Part shown: positions 9,009 to 19,175 of the stretch, one piece after another | Layout of the letters: the number at the start of each line of letters is the position of its first letter | Position numbering within the stretch: the stretch's first letter is position 1 | Source: an uncultured Rhodospirillaceae bacterium | GTDB lineage: Bacteria > Pseudomonadota > Alphaproteobacteria > UBA8366 > GCA-2717185 | Reading direction: 5' to 3' | DNA length: 48,123 nucleotides | Assembly (NCBI GenBank): GCA_913044215.1 | Contig: CAJWOT010000003.1 | Span: 1-48,123 of the forward strand | Made by a program: the position numbers and the translations under genes | Notes under the pieces: model-generated | The model's database searches: none | Seen by the model: only the letters and a program-made list of their open reading frames with translations | What the model was told of the DNA's origin: nothing

Positions 9009-9476
9009 TCAGGCTTCCGTCGTCGCTTCGTCTTTGCCGTCGATCGCGGCGTTCAAGGTGTGCCAGGGCAGTGTCGCGCACTTGACCCGCACAGGGAAGG
9101 CGCGCACGCCGGACAGAACATTGAGCTTTTCCAGATCGTCTTCCAGCAGCGTCGAATCATCGCCGTTATCTTCGCCAGTGCACATCTCGTGGAACCGCTC
9201 GAACATCGCCTTGGCTTCGTCGACGGTGCGGCCCTTGACCAATTCGGTCATCATCGACGCAGACGCGACAGAAATCGCACAGCCCTTGCCAACGAAGGAG
9301 ACATCTTCGATCCGTTTGCCATCGTCGAGTTTCAGATAAACAACGAGCTGGTCGCCGCACAAAGGGTTGGCGCCATGCGCATGCGCGGTGGCGTCCTCGA
9401 CATCGCGAAAATTGCGCGGGCTCTTGCCGTGATCGAGGATCACTTCCTGATAAAGCTCGCGGAGATCATCCAACAT
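9009..9476 (-). CDS. sufU: SufU (SUF-system NifU-family sulfur transfer protein)
   Basis: LYQEVILDH, NPLCGD, GCAIS and RVKCATL motifs; TAATG overlap with sufS. Confidence 0.9.
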   Translation of the reverse strand: MLDDLRELYQEVILDHGKSPRNFRDVEDATAHAHGANPLCGDQLVVYLKLDDGKRIEDVSFVGKGCAISVASASMMTELVKGRTVDEAKAMFERFHEMCTGEDNGDDSTLLEDDLEKLNVLSGVRAFPVRVKCATLPWHTLNAAIDGKDEATTEA

Positions 9477-10735
9477 TAACCCAAGAACTCCTGTGTAAAC
9501 TCAAGCGCTTCGACCAGCGCGTCGGCGTCAGCCCGCGTGTTATACAGGCCGAAGGACGCGCGTGTCATGGCCGGCACGCCCATGCGGTCCATCAGGGGCT
9601 GCGCGCAATGATGCCCGGCGCGGCAGGCGACACCGGCGCGATCGATAATCGTGGCGATATCGTGCGGGTGAATATTCTCCATACTGAAGGAGATCACCGC
9701 CGCCTTGCTCGGCGCCGTACCAAAGATCTTGAGCCCCGGTATCGACGTCAGTTTCTGAGTCGCGTACCCCAGAACATCTTGTTCATGCGCCGCGATACGA
9801 TCCATCCCAATCGCGGAGACATAATCGATAGCGGCACCAAGCCCGATCGCCTGCGCGATCATGGGTGTACCTGCCTCGAACTTATTGGGCAATTCCGCCC
9901 AGGTACTCTCCGCCAGGGTGACTGTCGAGATCATCTCGCCGCCACCCAGATAGGGCGGCATGGCGTTAAGCAGCTCTTCCTTACCGTACAGAACGCCGAC
10001 ACCGGACGGTCCGTACAGCTTGTGGCCGGTAAAGACGTAGAAATCGCAGTCGATTGCCTGCACGTCGACAACGCTATGAACGGCGGCCTGGCTGCCATCG
10101 AACAATACCTTGGCGCCCGCGTCATGGGCGAGCCGAGCGATCTCCGCCACCGGCGTGATCGTACCGAGCACGTTCGAAGTATGCGTGATCGCAACGAGCT
10201 TCGTGCGCGGGGTCAAAAGCTTCTTGAAGTCTTCCAGCAGGAACTCGCCATCGTCGGTAACCGGCACGGCCTTCAGCACGAGCCCCTTTTCATCCCGCAG
10301 CATCTGCCAAGGCACGATATTGGCGTGATGCTCCATGACCGAGATGATTATTTCATCGCCGGGTTCCAGAAAGCGGCGACCATAGGTACCGGCGACCATG
10401 TTGACCGCTTCGGTGGCGTTGCGGGTGAAAATGACTTCATGGTCATGCGCGGCATTAATGAAACGCTGCACTTTGACGCGCGCGCCCTCATAGGCCTCCG
10501 TCGCTTTTTCCGACATGTAATGCACACCACGATGCACATTGGCGTATTCGTGCTCGTAGACATATCGCACCGCATCGATGACCTGTTGCGGTTTCTGTGC
10601 AGATGCCGCGTTGTCGAGAAAGATCAGCGGCTTATCGTAGATCTGTTCGCTCAGGATCGGAAAATCACTGCGGTAGCTAAGCACGTCATAAGCCGTGTCA
10701 TTCGCTGTCGGCATGGCTTGCGCAGTATCGCTCAT
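9476..10735 (-). CDS. sufS: Cysteine desulfurase SufS (class II)
   Basis: LDNAASAQKP, NVHRG, TGHK (PLP Lys) and RAGHHCAQP motifs. Confidence 0.96.
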   Translation of the reverse strand: MSDTAQAMPTANDTAYDVLSYRSDFPILSEQIYDKPLIFLDNAASAQKPQQVIDAVRYVYEHEYANVHRGVHYMSEKATEAYEGARVKVQRFINAAHDHEVIFTRNATEAVNMVAGTYGRRFLEPGDEIIISVMEHHANIVPWQMLRDEKGLVLKAVPVTDDGEFLLEDFKKLLTPRTKLVAITHTSNVLGTITPVAEIARLAHDAGAKVLFDGSQAAVHSVVDVQAIDCDFYVFTGHKLYGPSGVGVLYGKEELLNAMPPYLGGGEMISTVTLAESTWAELPNKFEAGTPMIAQAIGLGAAIDYVSAIGMDRIAAHEQDVLGYATQKLTSIPGLKIFGTAPSKAAVISFSMENIHPHDIATIIDRAGVACRAGHHCAQPLMDRMGVPAMTRASFGLYNTRADADALVEALEFTQEFLG

Positions 10736-10741
10736 TACGTT

Positions 10742-12037
10742 TTACCCCTGCCTTTCACTTCGACTCTCAAGCCAGTCATCGACGACCGCCTGGAAGGCCG
10801 CACGCGGTGCTTCGGCCTGAATTTCATCCAACGCCTCGCCGACGAAAGCGGCGACCAGCATGCCGCGCGCCGTTTGCGGATCGATACCGCGTGCGCGCAA
10901 ATAAAACAGCGGCTCTTCCTCAAGCTCACCGGTCGTCGCGCCGTGACTGCATTGCACATCGTCGGCGTAAATCTCCAGCTCCGGCTTGGTGTCAATCTCG
11001 GTGCCCGGTGACAACAAGAGCGTTTTGTTGAGCTGATGCCCGTCGGTCTTCTGCGAATCCTGGCGTACCAAAATCTTGCCCTGGAACACGCCGCGCGCGT
11101 TTTCGTCAAGAACGCCTTTGTAAACCTCGCGCGAACTGCTGTTCGGTGCCGCGTGATCGATAAAGGTGGTGTTGTCGATATGCTGCTCGCCGCATGCCAG
11201 ATAGGCGCCATTCAAGCGGCACTCCACCCGTTCGCCCAATTCCGAACGAATCTCGTTGCGCGCCAAGTTGCCACCGACCTGAAGCACGAAATTGTCGTAG
11301 ACGGCCCGGTCAGCGATACGAACCAGATTCGCGGCCAAGTGATACGCCTCCGGTCCTTCGTTCTGCAGCTTGTAGTGGTTCAGCACCGCCCCGTCGCCGA
11401 CGGAAACTTCCGACACGCTGTTGCTGAAATACGCGCCCGAACCAACATGGCTTTCGACGATCGTCGCAACACTGCCGGCACCGGCGACGATCAAATGCCG
11501 GGGGTGAAACGACACGGGCTCTTCCCCAGCGGTACCGATCGAGACGAGATGCAGCGGCTTGTCTAGTGCGACTCCGTCATCCAGCTTCAAGTACAGCCCG
11601 TCCGACAACAGCCCGGTGTTTAGCGTCGCCATCGGCAAGTCAGTCACATCACTGAATTGCCCTTCCAGCGAGGTCCGATCCGCGCTGAGTTTCGCGGCCA
11701 AGCTGGTCGCTTCCACGCCTTCCGAGAGACCGTCCAGCGATGACAGCGACGGCGCAAAACGGCCGTTCACGAAGACCGCGACATAAGCGTCTTCCAGCGC
11801 GACGATCCCTTCCGGAACTGTCGTGACTTCAGTTGTCTGGTTCGCTTCAGCGGCGACAAATCCGGTGCGCGCCAGCCTGCGCAGATTGGTGTATTTCCAT
11901 GCCTCGGTACGCGGCGTCGGCAAACCGGACTTGCGGAACGCCTCTTGCGCGTCGGCACGCAATCGATCCAGCCAGCCGGTACCGGCACCCGGCAGGACCG
12001 CATCGAAATCTTCAAGGAAAGGAACAGGTTGCGCCAT
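10742..12037 (-). CDS. sufD: Fe-S cluster assembly protein SufD
   Basis: EAWKYTNL, KPELEIYADDVQCSHGAT and FYLRARGI motifs. Confidence 0.95.
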   Translation of the reverse strand: MAQPVPFLEDFDAVLPGAGTGWLDRLRADAQEAFRKSGLPTPRTEAWKYTNLRRLARTGFVAAEANQTTEVTTVPEGIVALEDAYVAVFVNGRFAPSLSSLDGLSEGVEATSLAAKLSADRTSLEGQFSDVTDLPMATLNTGLLSDGLYLKLDDGVALDKPLHLVSIGTAGEEPVSFHPRHLIVAGAGSVATIVESHVGSGAYFSNSVSEVSVGDGAVLNHYKLQNEGPEAYHLAANLVRIADRAVYDNFVLQVGGNLARNEIRSELGERVECRLNGAYLACGEQHIDNTTFIDHAAPNSSSREVYKGVLDENARGVFQGKILVRQDSQKTDGHQLNKTLLLSPGTEIDTKPELEIYADDVQCSHGATTGELEEEPLFYLRARGIDPQTARGMLVAAFVGEALDEIQAEAPRAAFQAVVDDWLESRSERQG

Positions 12038-12039
12038 CG

Positions 12040-12798
12040 CTATGCAGCCTCTGCCCCGACGAACGACGCGTAGCCCTTCTCTTCCAGCTCCAGCGCCAAG
12101 GTCTTGTCGCCAGATTGAATGATCTTGCCGCCTGCCAGGATATGAACATGGTCCGGCACGATATAGTCGAGCAGCCGCTGGTAGTGGGTGATCACCAGCA
12201 TGCCGCGCTCGGCCCCGCGCAGCGCGTTGACCCCGTCGGCGACGATCTTCAGCGCATCGATATCGAGGCCGGAATCCGTTTCATCGAGTACCGCGAATTT
12301 CGGCTCCAGCACCGCCATCTGCAGCACCTCGTTGCGCTTCTTCTCACCGCCGGAGAAGCCGACATTGAGCGCACGGCGCAACATGTCGTCATTGATGTTC
12401 AAGGCGCCGGCTTTCTCGCGCACGAATTTGAGGAACTGCATCGCGTCGAGCGCCCCTTCGCCACGATGTTCCCGCACCGCATTGACGGCCGTCTTCAGGA
12501 AGGTCGTGGTCGCGACACCCGGGATCTCGACGGGATATTGGAAAGCGAGAAACAGGCCGGACCGGGCGCGTTCATCCGCTTCCATCTCCAACAAATCTTC
12601 CCCGTCGAACAGAACCTGGCCTGACGTCACTTCATAGCCGTCCCGGCCGGCCAGGACGTAGGACAGCGTGCTTTTGCCCGAGCCGTTCGGCCCCATGATC
12701 GCATGCACTTCGCCGGCCTCGATCGTGAGATCGATACCCTTGAGGATTTCCTTGCCGTCGACAGTGGCATGCAGATCGCGAATTTCGATCAATGACAT
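12040..12798 (-). CDS. sufC: Fe-S cluster assembly ATPase SufC
   Basis: GPNGSGKST, FQYPVEIPGV, GFSGGEKKR and LDETDSGLD motifs. Confidence 0.97.
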   Translation of the reverse strand: MSLIEIRDLHATVDGKEILKGIDLTIEAGEVHAIMGPNGSGKSTLSYVLAGRDGYEVTSGQVLFDGEDLLEMEADERARSGLFLAFQYPVEIPGVATTTFLKTAVNAVREHRGEGALDAMQFLKFVREKAGALNINDDMLRRALNVGFSGGEKKRNEVLQMAVLEPKFAVLDETDSGLDIDALKIVADGVNALRGAERGMLVITHYQRLLDYIVPDHVHILAGGKIIQSGDKTLALELEEKGYASFVGAEAA

Positions 12799-12831
12799 AG
12801 TTTGTTTCCCTGGCGTCTCGTTGTGGGGCGT

Positions 12832-14289
12832 TTAGCCCACGCTACCTTCAAGGCTGATGCCGATAAGTTTCTGCGCCTCGACGGCGAACTCCATCGGCAG
12901 CGTCTTCATAACTTCCTTGCAGAACCCGTTGACGATCACCGAGACCGCCTCTTCCGCCGACAGGCCCCGCTGCAGGCAGTAGAACAGCTGATCTTCGCTA
13001 ATCTTCGCCGTCGTCGCCTCATGCTCGACGCGCGCTGACGGGTTGCTGGTCTCGATATAAGGCACGGTGTGCGCGCCGCACTGATCGCCGATCAACAGGC
13101 TGTCGCACTGCGTAAAATTGCGCGCGCCTTCCGCGCTGGCCATGACCTTGACCAAGCCGCGATAGCTCTGGTCGGCGCGGCCCGCCGAAATACCTTTCGA
13201 GATGATCGTCGAGCTGGTGTTCTTGCCAATATGGATCATCTTCGTACCGGTATCGGCCTGCTGTCGGTTCGCCGTGATCGCAACGGAATAGAACTCGCCG
13301 ACGGAGTTATCCCCGATCAACAGACAGCTCGGATATTTCCACGTAATCGCCGAGCCGGTTTCGACCTGCGTCCAGGCGATCTTCGAATTCTTGCCGCGGC
13401 AGGCGCCCCGCTTGGTGACGAAGTTGTAGATACCACCGCGGCCTTCTTCGTCGCCCGGATACCAGTTCTGGACGGTCGAATATTTGATCTCGGCATCGTC
13501 CAGCGCCACCAGTTCAACGACCGCAGCGTGCAGCTGATGCTCATCGCGCTGGGGCGCCGTACAGCCTTCCAGGTAACTTACGTAGGACCCTTCATCGGCG
13601 ATGATCAATGTACGCTCGAACTGGCCCGTATTCTCAGCGTTGATACGGAAATAGGTCGATAGCTCCATCGGGCAGCGCACGCCCTTCGGAATGTAGACGA
13701 AGGAACCGTCCGTAAAGACAGCGCAATTCAGGCAAGCATGCTTGTTGTCGGCGTACGGAACGACGGAACCGAGATATTTCTGCACCAGCTCCGGGTGTTC
13801 CTGGACCGCTTCCGAGAAGGAGCAGAAAATGACGCCGACTTCCTCCAGCTTCTTCTTGTAGGTCGTTGCGACCGAAACACTGTCGAAGACGGCATCGACC
13901 GCAACACCGGCCAGCACTTCCTGCTCGCGCAGCGGGATACCAAGCTTCTCATATGTCTCAAGCAGCTTCGGATCCACCTCGTCGAGGCTTTTAGGCTTGT
14001 CCGCGTCGGATTTCGGCGCGGAATAATAGTAAGCGTCCTGATAATCGATTGGCGGAAAGTCGACCTTCGCCCATTCCGGCTCGGGCATCGTCAGCCAATG
14101 GCGGTAGGCTTTGAGGCGCCATTCCAACAACCATTCCGGCTCTTCTTTCTTGGCCGAGATGAAGCGGATGATGTCCTCGTTCAGCCCCTTCGGCGCACTC
14201 TCCTGCTCGATATCGGTGACGAAGCCGTGCTTGTAGCCATCCTCGGCAATCGAGTTGACCTGTTCCAGCGTTTCCGTACTGACTGCCAT
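12832..14289 (-). CDS. sufB: Fe-S cluster assembly protein SufB
   Basis: [27 protein letters not shown] and EHEATT motifs. Confidence 0.97.
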   Translation of the reverse strand: MAVSTETLEQVNSIAEDGYKHGFVTDIEQESAPKGLNEDIIRFISAKKEEPEWLLEWRLKAYRHWLTMPEPEWAKVDFPPIDYQDAYYYSAPKSDADKPKSLDEVDPKLLETYEKLGIPLREQEVLAGVAVDAVFDSVSVATTYKKKLEEVGVIFCSFSEAVQEHPELVQKYLGSVVPYADNKHACLNCAVFTDGSFVYIPKGVRCPMELSTYFRINAENTGQFERTLIIADEGSYVSYLEGCTAPQRDEHQLHAAVVELVALDDAEIKYSTVQNWYPGDEEGRGGIYNFVTKRGACRGKNSKIAWTQVETGSAITWKYPSCLLIGDNSVGEFYSVAITANRQQADTGTKMIHIGKNTSSTIISKGISAGRADQSYRGLVKVMASAEGARNFTQCDSLLIGDQCGAHTVPYIETSNPSARVEHEATTAKISEDQLFYCLQRGLSAEEAVSVIVNGFCKEVMKTLPMEFAVEAQKLIGISLEGSVG

Positions 14290-14291
14290 TG

Positions 14292-14756
14292 CTAAACCTG
14301 CCCTCGTACTTCTGCCGATGTTTCCGCATTTAACGGTGGCAGATCCTCGAATCCTGAATAGACCAGATCGGAAAGCGATACCGCTTCGAGTGCGCCGCGG
14401 ATCGCGTCATTGACCTTTTCCCAACCACCACGGATCGGGCACAGGCTTTCAACCTGACACTGCGCATCGGATGCTTCGACACAGGCCGTCAGCGCAACCG
14501 GCCCCTCCAACGCTTCGACGATGGCAGCGACGGAGATCTCGTCCGGCCCCCGCGATAAGCTATAGCCGCCATGGACGCCGCGGTGCGACACGACGAGATC
14601 GCTGCGCGCCAAGGATTTCAGGACCTTGCTGACCATCGGCGCCGGCAATCCGGTCGCTTCGGCGAGCTCGGGCGCGGTGGTCAAGCTGTCGCGGCGATTG
14701 GCCATCTGCGAGAGAACGACCACGCCGTAATCGATCATGCGGCTGAGTTTCAGCAC
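14292..14756 (-). CDS. SUF-system Rrf2-family transcriptional regulator
   Basis: [10 protein letters not shown], winged HTH with S.RG..GGY.L, and three Cys ([15 protein letters not shown]). First gene of the suf run. Confidence 0.9.
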   Translation of the reverse strand: MLKLSRMIDYGVVVLSQMANRRDSLTTAPELAEATGLPAPMVSKVLKSLARSDLVVSHRGVHGGYSLSRGPDEISVAAIVEALEGPVALTACVEASDAQCQVESLCPIRGGWEKVNDAIRGALEAVSLSDLVYSGFEDLPPLNAETSAEVRGQV

Positions 14757-14762
14757 GTCGGC

Positions 14763-14821
14763 TCCAATCCGTACCTATTTGGTGCGGATTGGAAAATGTT
14801 TCATTTCATAGGCGATTTCAA
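14763..14821 (-). promoter_or_regulatory. Putative suf promoter with overlapping 31-bp palindromic operator
   Basis: TCCAATCCGTACC-TATTT-GGTGCGGATTGGA (14763-14793; 12 of 13 arm positions match). On the minus strand, TTGAAA-17nt-CATTTT (14821-14793). Confidence 0.6.
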
Positions 14822-14875
14822 GCCCGGGGCGGCGATTTTTTCCCGCAAAACCAAAATATTTCCGAAATTTTCGCG

Positions 14876-15556
14876 CTATCCGGCAGCGTCGATGCCCATT
14901 TGCCAGAATCCGACCTCCAAACGGGTCGCTTCGGCGAAGGTGCGGCTCAGGCTTTCGATCCGGCCCGGACCACCTCGGCGCGTCAACAACCGGTCGAGCT
15001 GCGCTGCATGTGCCCAAGCAACCTCCTGATAGTCTTCGGCTGCGTAGGTATCGATCCATTCCTGGTAGGGATTGTCGTCCCCACCAACAGACGCGTTCGA
15101 TGCAAGCCAGCTGCCAATCTCCGCATAGCCGACGACACAGGGCGCCAGCGCCGCCGCCAGATCCAGCGAGTCGCCGGACAGGCCACGTTCCAAGACGTAC
15201 CGCGTATAGGCCATGTTCGCCGGATCCTCGGGCAGTGCCGCCATCTCCGCCTCGCTCATCCCCCAGCGTTCGCAAAATGCGACATGCAGGCCCATTTCCG
15301 TGTCGACGATCGCGGAGACGGCACCTGCCGCCGATCGCAATTCCTCCAAATCCTCGGCCTTGAACGCGGCCAGCGCGTAGGCCCGCGCGAAATGGATCAG
15401 GAACAGGTAGTCCTGCTGCAGGTAGTAACGAAACGACGCTTCCGGCAGCGTTCCCGCACCCAATTCCTGGACGAACCGGTGTTTGGTATAGGCGTCCCAA
15501 TCGGACTGGCAGGCCGACTTGAGACGGTTGAACAGTTCGTATTCCGGCATGATCAC
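14876..15556 (-). CDS. tenA: Thiaminase II / TenA family
   Basis: H.FV..L..GTL....FRYYL.QDYLFL, YTRY, catalytic-Cys motif LAPC..GY, PY..WI.TY and E..FW. GTGA overlap with fdx. Confidence 0.9.
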   Translation of the reverse strand: MIMPEYELFNRLKSACQSDWDAYTKHRFVQELGAGTLPEASFRYYLQQDYLFLIHFARAYALAAFKAEDLEELRSAAGAVSAIVDTEMGLHVAFCERWGMSEAEMAALPEDPANMAYTRYVLERGLSGDSLDLAAALAPCVVGYAEIGSWLASNASVGGDDNPYQEWIDTYAAEDYQEVAWAHAAQLDRLLTRRGGPGRIESLSRTFAEATRLEVGFWQMGIDAAG

Positions 15557-15885
15557 CCCAACAACATGTTATGGGTTTCCGGCGGCAATCGTACGGTCAA
15601 ACCGTCAAGCGCTTCGGTCAGCGTGATCTGGCAACCCAGCCGCGACGTCCGGGTCAAGCCCACCGCCAAGTCCAGCATATCTTCTTCGTCCTCTTCCGGC
15701 GGCGGCAGCTTGCCATGCCATTCCGCCTCGACGATGACATGGCAGGTGGAGCAAGCCATGACGCCCTCGCAGGCGCCTTCGATATCGATGTTGTTGCGAT
15801 GTGCAATTTCCAAGATCGTCGAGCCTGCCGGTGCATCGACTTCCTTGCGGGTCCCGTCGGACTCGATGAATACCATCTTTGCCAT
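15553..15885 (-). CDS. fdx: 2Fe-2S ferredoxin, ISC/adrenodoxin type
   Basis: [14 protein letters not shown]...EEDMLDLA...SRLGCQ. Confidence 0.93.
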   Translation of the reverse strand: MAKMVFIESDGTRKEVDAPAGSTILEIAHRNNIDIEGACEGVMACSTCHVIVEAEWHGKLPPPEEDEEDMLDLAVGLTRTSRLGCQITLTEALDGLTVRLPPETHNMLLG

Positions 15886-15895
15886 TCGCTTTCCC

Positions 15896-17005
15896 CTACG
15901 CCGCCGGACGCCGCCCTGTGCGTTCGCTCAAATCCAATAGCGCTGTGACGAGACGCGCCACATCCTCTTTCGTGTTATCCGGTCCCAAACTGACGCGGAT
16001 CGCGCACGCGGCCAGCGCTTCCGGCACATCCATCGCCTGCAACACATGGCTTGGCGTCACCTTGCCGGACGAACAAGCGGATCCGGCGCTGACCGCAAGC
16101 CCGGCCAAATCAAGCGCCATGATTTGCGTCTCGGAACGCAGCCCCGGCACCGCAAAACAGCTTGTATTGGGCAGTCGCGCCACCCGGTCTCCAAAAACAA
16201 CCACGTCAGGCAGCGCTTCGGCTAGCGACGATTCCATCCCATCGCGCAACATCGCGACGCCCTGCATCCGAACCAAATCCTCGTGCGCCAGGCGAGCCGC
16301 GACCCCGAAACCGGCGATCCCCGCGGTGTTCTCCGTACCCGCCCGGCGACCGCGTTCCTGCCCGCCTCCCTTTATTTGCGAGGCGATCTGCATATCGGTA
16401 CCAAGGACCAACGCACCCACGCCCTGCGGGCCGCCCAGCTTGTGAGCCGACAGGCTGGCCGTTGCTGCACCTAAGGCTGCGATATCCACCGCGATCCGTC
16501 CTGCCGCTTGCACCGCATCAGTGTGCACGATCGCGCCGGCATCGTTGGCGATCGCGACGACATCGTCGATCGGCTGGATCACGCCGGTCTCATTGTTCGC
16601 GAGCATCACGGAGACCTGCCCTCCCGAGGTGGACAGCGCCGCCTCAAGCGTATCGAGCTTGATCACCCCATCCGCATCGACCGGCAGGCGGGTAGAATCT
16701 GCCTCAGCCTGCAGCACGGAATCATGCTCGATCGCGGACACGAATACCGGCTTTCGGCCGGACGCTTTGAGCGCCAGGTTGTTCGCCTCCGTACCGCCGC
16801 TGGTGAAGACCACGCGACTGGCTTCGACGCCGGCAAGCGCCGCCACCTCCGCACGCGCGTCCTCGACGAGCTGGCGATGACGACGTCCAAATGCGTGCAC
16901 CGACGACGCGTTTCCAGCGTGTTGCATCACATCGGTCATCACGTCGATAACCGGTTGCCGCATCAGCGATGATGCGTTGTGATCGAGGTAGACCGGCGCG
17001 TTCAT
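15896..17005 (-). CDS. iscS: Cysteine desulfurase, class I (IscS/NifS-like)
   Basis: [32 protein letters not shown] and SAGSACSSG motifs. Confidence 0.88.
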   Translation of the reverse strand: MNAPVYLDHNASSLMRQPVIDVMTDVMQHAGNASSVHAFGRRHRQLVEDARAEVAALAGVEASRVVFTSGGTEANNLALKASGRKPVFVSAIEHDSVLQAEADSTRLPVDADGVIKLDTLEAALSTSGGQVSVMLANNETGVIQPIDDVVAIANDAGAIVHTDAVQAAGRIAVDIAALGAATASLSAHKLGGPQGVGALVLGTDMQIASQIKGGGQERGRRAGTENTAGIAGFGVAARLAHEDLVRMQGVAMLRDGMESSLAEALPDVVVFGDRVARLPNTSCFAVPGLRSETQIMALDLAGLAVSAGSACSSGKVTPSHVLQAMDVPEALAACAIRVSLGPDNTKEDVARLVTALLDLSERTGRRPAA

Positions 17006-17044
17006 CTTTCTTTGCGTATCCGGATTTGGCGTTCGGTTCCGGCG

Positions 17045-17512
17045 CTATCGCGCGTCCGCGCTATCAAACTGACTGCGATGAAGAATCCCGCTGGTCCCCA
17101 AGACGCGTCGCTCACAAACATCCGCGACGGTCACGGAACTGAGGAACAGGTGGATCTGATTGCTCAATTCCTCCCACAGGTCATGGGTCACACAACGACC
17201 GGAGGCACCGGTGCAGCCTTGCGGTGAACCCGGATCGCAGCGGGTCGCCCGGATCGGTTCGTCGACGGACAGGATGATGTCGGAAATACGTGTCTCCGAC
17301 GCGCTGCGCGCCAAAGTGTAGCCACCGCCGGGACCGCGGACGCTTTTCACCTGACCGCCGCGGCGCAGCTTCGCGAATAATTGCTCCAGATAAGACAGCG
17401 AAATTTCCTGCCGCGTCGCGATATCGGCGAGTGCGATCGGCTTGCCGTCGCTGTGCATGGCAAGATCGACCATGGCCATCACCGCATAGCGCCCCTTGGT
17501 ACTCAACCGCAC
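17045..17512 (-). CDS. iscR: IscR-like Rrf2 regulator
   Basis: RLSTKGRYAV, ISLSYLEQLF, SVRGPGGGY, and C-x7-C-x6-C-x2-H Fe-S ligands. Confidence 0.9.
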   Translation of the reverse strand: MRLSTKGRYAVMAMVDLAMHSDGKPIALADIATRQEISLSYLEQLFAKLRRGGQVKSVRGPGGGYTLARSASETRISDIILSVDEPIRATRCDPGSPQGCTGASGRCVTHDLWEELSNQIHLFLSSVTVADVCERRVLGTSGILHRSQFDSADAR

Positions 17513-17569
17513 TGTAACTTCCTTCCACTCATCGAGCCGGTGTTGCCGGTCTCATCGCCCCTGATCCCG

Positions 17570-18322
17570 CTATTTTTCGTTATGGGGAATCGTCGTCGTA
17601 TCGTCTTCTTCGAATCCGATCGCCCGTCCCGAAGCAGGAAACTCTGTTTCGCGGCCTTCGAGTTCATCGACCCGTGCCTTCAGCATCGTGACCTGATCCA
17701 TAAGCCCATCGAGCGCGCGCGCGACAGGGTCCGGCAGATCGCCCAGGGGCGTCCCATATGGCGCGAAGGATTCCGACTCACCAGCCGCGGGCCGCACGAT
17801 GGCGCGGCCAGGGATCCCAACGACGGTCACACTCTCCGGAACGTTTTTTGTCACCACCGAGTTGGCGCCGACCCGGGCGCCACGGCCAACGGTGATGGGT
17901 CCGAGGATCTGGGCCCCCGACCCGACGATAACGCCATCCTGCAGGGTCGGATGCCGCTTCTGGCCCCGCTGACTTTCACTGTCAACGGCTGGCGAGACAC
18001 CGCCCAACGTCACATCGTGATAGAGGGTCACATCGTCGCCGATCTCCGCCGTCTCGCCGACCACCACGCCCATGCCGTGGTCCACAAAGAAGCGTTGGCC
18101 GATCTTCGCGCCGGGATGGATTTCGATACCGGTCAGGAACCGCCCAAGATGCGACGTAAACCGCCCCAGCACGCGCCACCCGCGCCGCCAGAGCCAACTT
18201 GCCAGGCGATGGGTCGTAATCGCGTGAAACCCGGGATAACAGAGGATGACTTCAATCGACGACCGCGCCGCCGGGTCGCGCTCTTTAATCCCTCGAATTT
18301 CTTCGCGGATAGTATTGAACAT
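17570..18322 (-). CDS. cysE: Serine O-acetyltransferase
   Basis: [27 protein letters not shown] and KRHPT motifs, plus hexapeptide repeats. Confidence 0.96.
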   Translation of the reverse strand: MFNTIREEIRGIKERDPAARSSIEVILCYPGFHAITTHRLASWLWRRGWRVLGRFTSHLGRFLTGIEIHPGAKIGQRFFVDHGMGVVVGETAEIGDDVTLYHDVTLGGVSPAVDSESQRGQKRHPTLQDGVIVGSGAQILGPITVGRGARVGANSVVTKNVPESVTVVGIPGRAIVRPAAGESESFAPYGTPLGDLPDPVARALDGLMDQVTMLKARVDELEGRETEFPASGRAIGFEEDDTTTIPHNEK

Positions 18323-18364
18323 TACGCACCGTGCTTATGTTATAAGCAGTCGCCGATTAAACGA

Positions 18365-18395
18365 TATAAGTGCCTGATTCAGACAGTCAAGATTA
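18365..18395 (-). promoter_or_regulatory. Candidate promoter and IscR-type box upstream of cysE-iscR
   Basis: Minus strand reads TAATCTTGACTGTCTGAATCAGGCACTTATA. This contains an imperfect CTTGA/TCAGG dyad, and CTTGAC-N16-TTATAT resembles an alphaproteobacterial sigma70 promoter. Confidence 0.45.
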
Positions 18396-18519
18396 CTCGC
18401 TTCCGTTTATCCTTGTTGAACAAAGGCTTGGCAAGTAAAAACGCTGCTTCTCAGCGAATAGCCAGCCATTCGACCTTTACGGATGGCGGATGAGCGTCCA
18501 GCAACCAACCGGAGACCCC

Positions 18520-19173
18520 ATGCCAGAAGTGACCATTAATGGCCCGGAAGGCCGCATCGAAGGCCGCTATTTCCATTCAAAGACCCCCAACGCGCCGATC
18601 GCGCTGTTTTTGCATCCGCATCCGCAACATGGCGGCACGATGAACAACAAGGTGGTCTACTCGCTCTATCACGCCTTCGCGCAGCGAGGTTTCTCCTGCT
18701 TGCGGTTCAACTTCCGCGGCGTCGGGCGCTCGCAGGGAACGTTCTCTCGCGGTGAAGGAGAGATGTCGGACGCGGCGTCGGCGCTGGATTGGTTGCAAGG
18801 CAACAATGCCGACGCGCCGCAATGCTGGATCGCCGGGTTTTCGTTCGGTGCCTGGATTGGCATGCAACTGTTGATGCGCCGTCCGGAGATCAGCGGATTC
18901 ATCTCCGTCGCACCGCCGGCCAACATGTACGACTTCTCCTTTCTGGCCCCCTGCCCCGCCTCGGGGATGATCATTCAGGGAGACGAAGATGAGATCGTAC
19001 CGCCGGACTCGGTCGAGAAGCTGATCGACAAACTGCGCCAGCAAAAGGGCGTGACGATCGACCATCGCATCATCCCGGGCACCAACCATTTCTTCCATGG
19101 CGCCATGGACACGCTGGTCGACAATGTCGGCGACTATATCGACACGGCAGTGGACGAGAAGGCCGGAAGCTAA
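18520..19173 (+). CDS. Alpha/beta hydrolase
   Basis: HPHPQHGGTM, RFNFRGVG, GFSFG nucleophile elbow and D...HFF triad. GGAG RBS before ATG 18520. Confidence 0.9.
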   Translation: MPEVTINGPEGRIEGRYFHSKTPNAPIALFLHPHPQHGGTMNNKVVYSLYHAFAQRGFSCLRFNFRGVGRSQGTFSRGEGEMSDAASALDWLQGNNADAPQCWIAGFSFGAWIGMQLLMRRPEISGFISVAPPANMYDFSFLAPCPASGMIIQGDEDEIVPPDSVEKLIDKLRQQKGVTIDHRIIPGTNHFFHGAMDTLVDNVGDYIDTAVDEKAGS

Positions 19174-19175
19174 CG

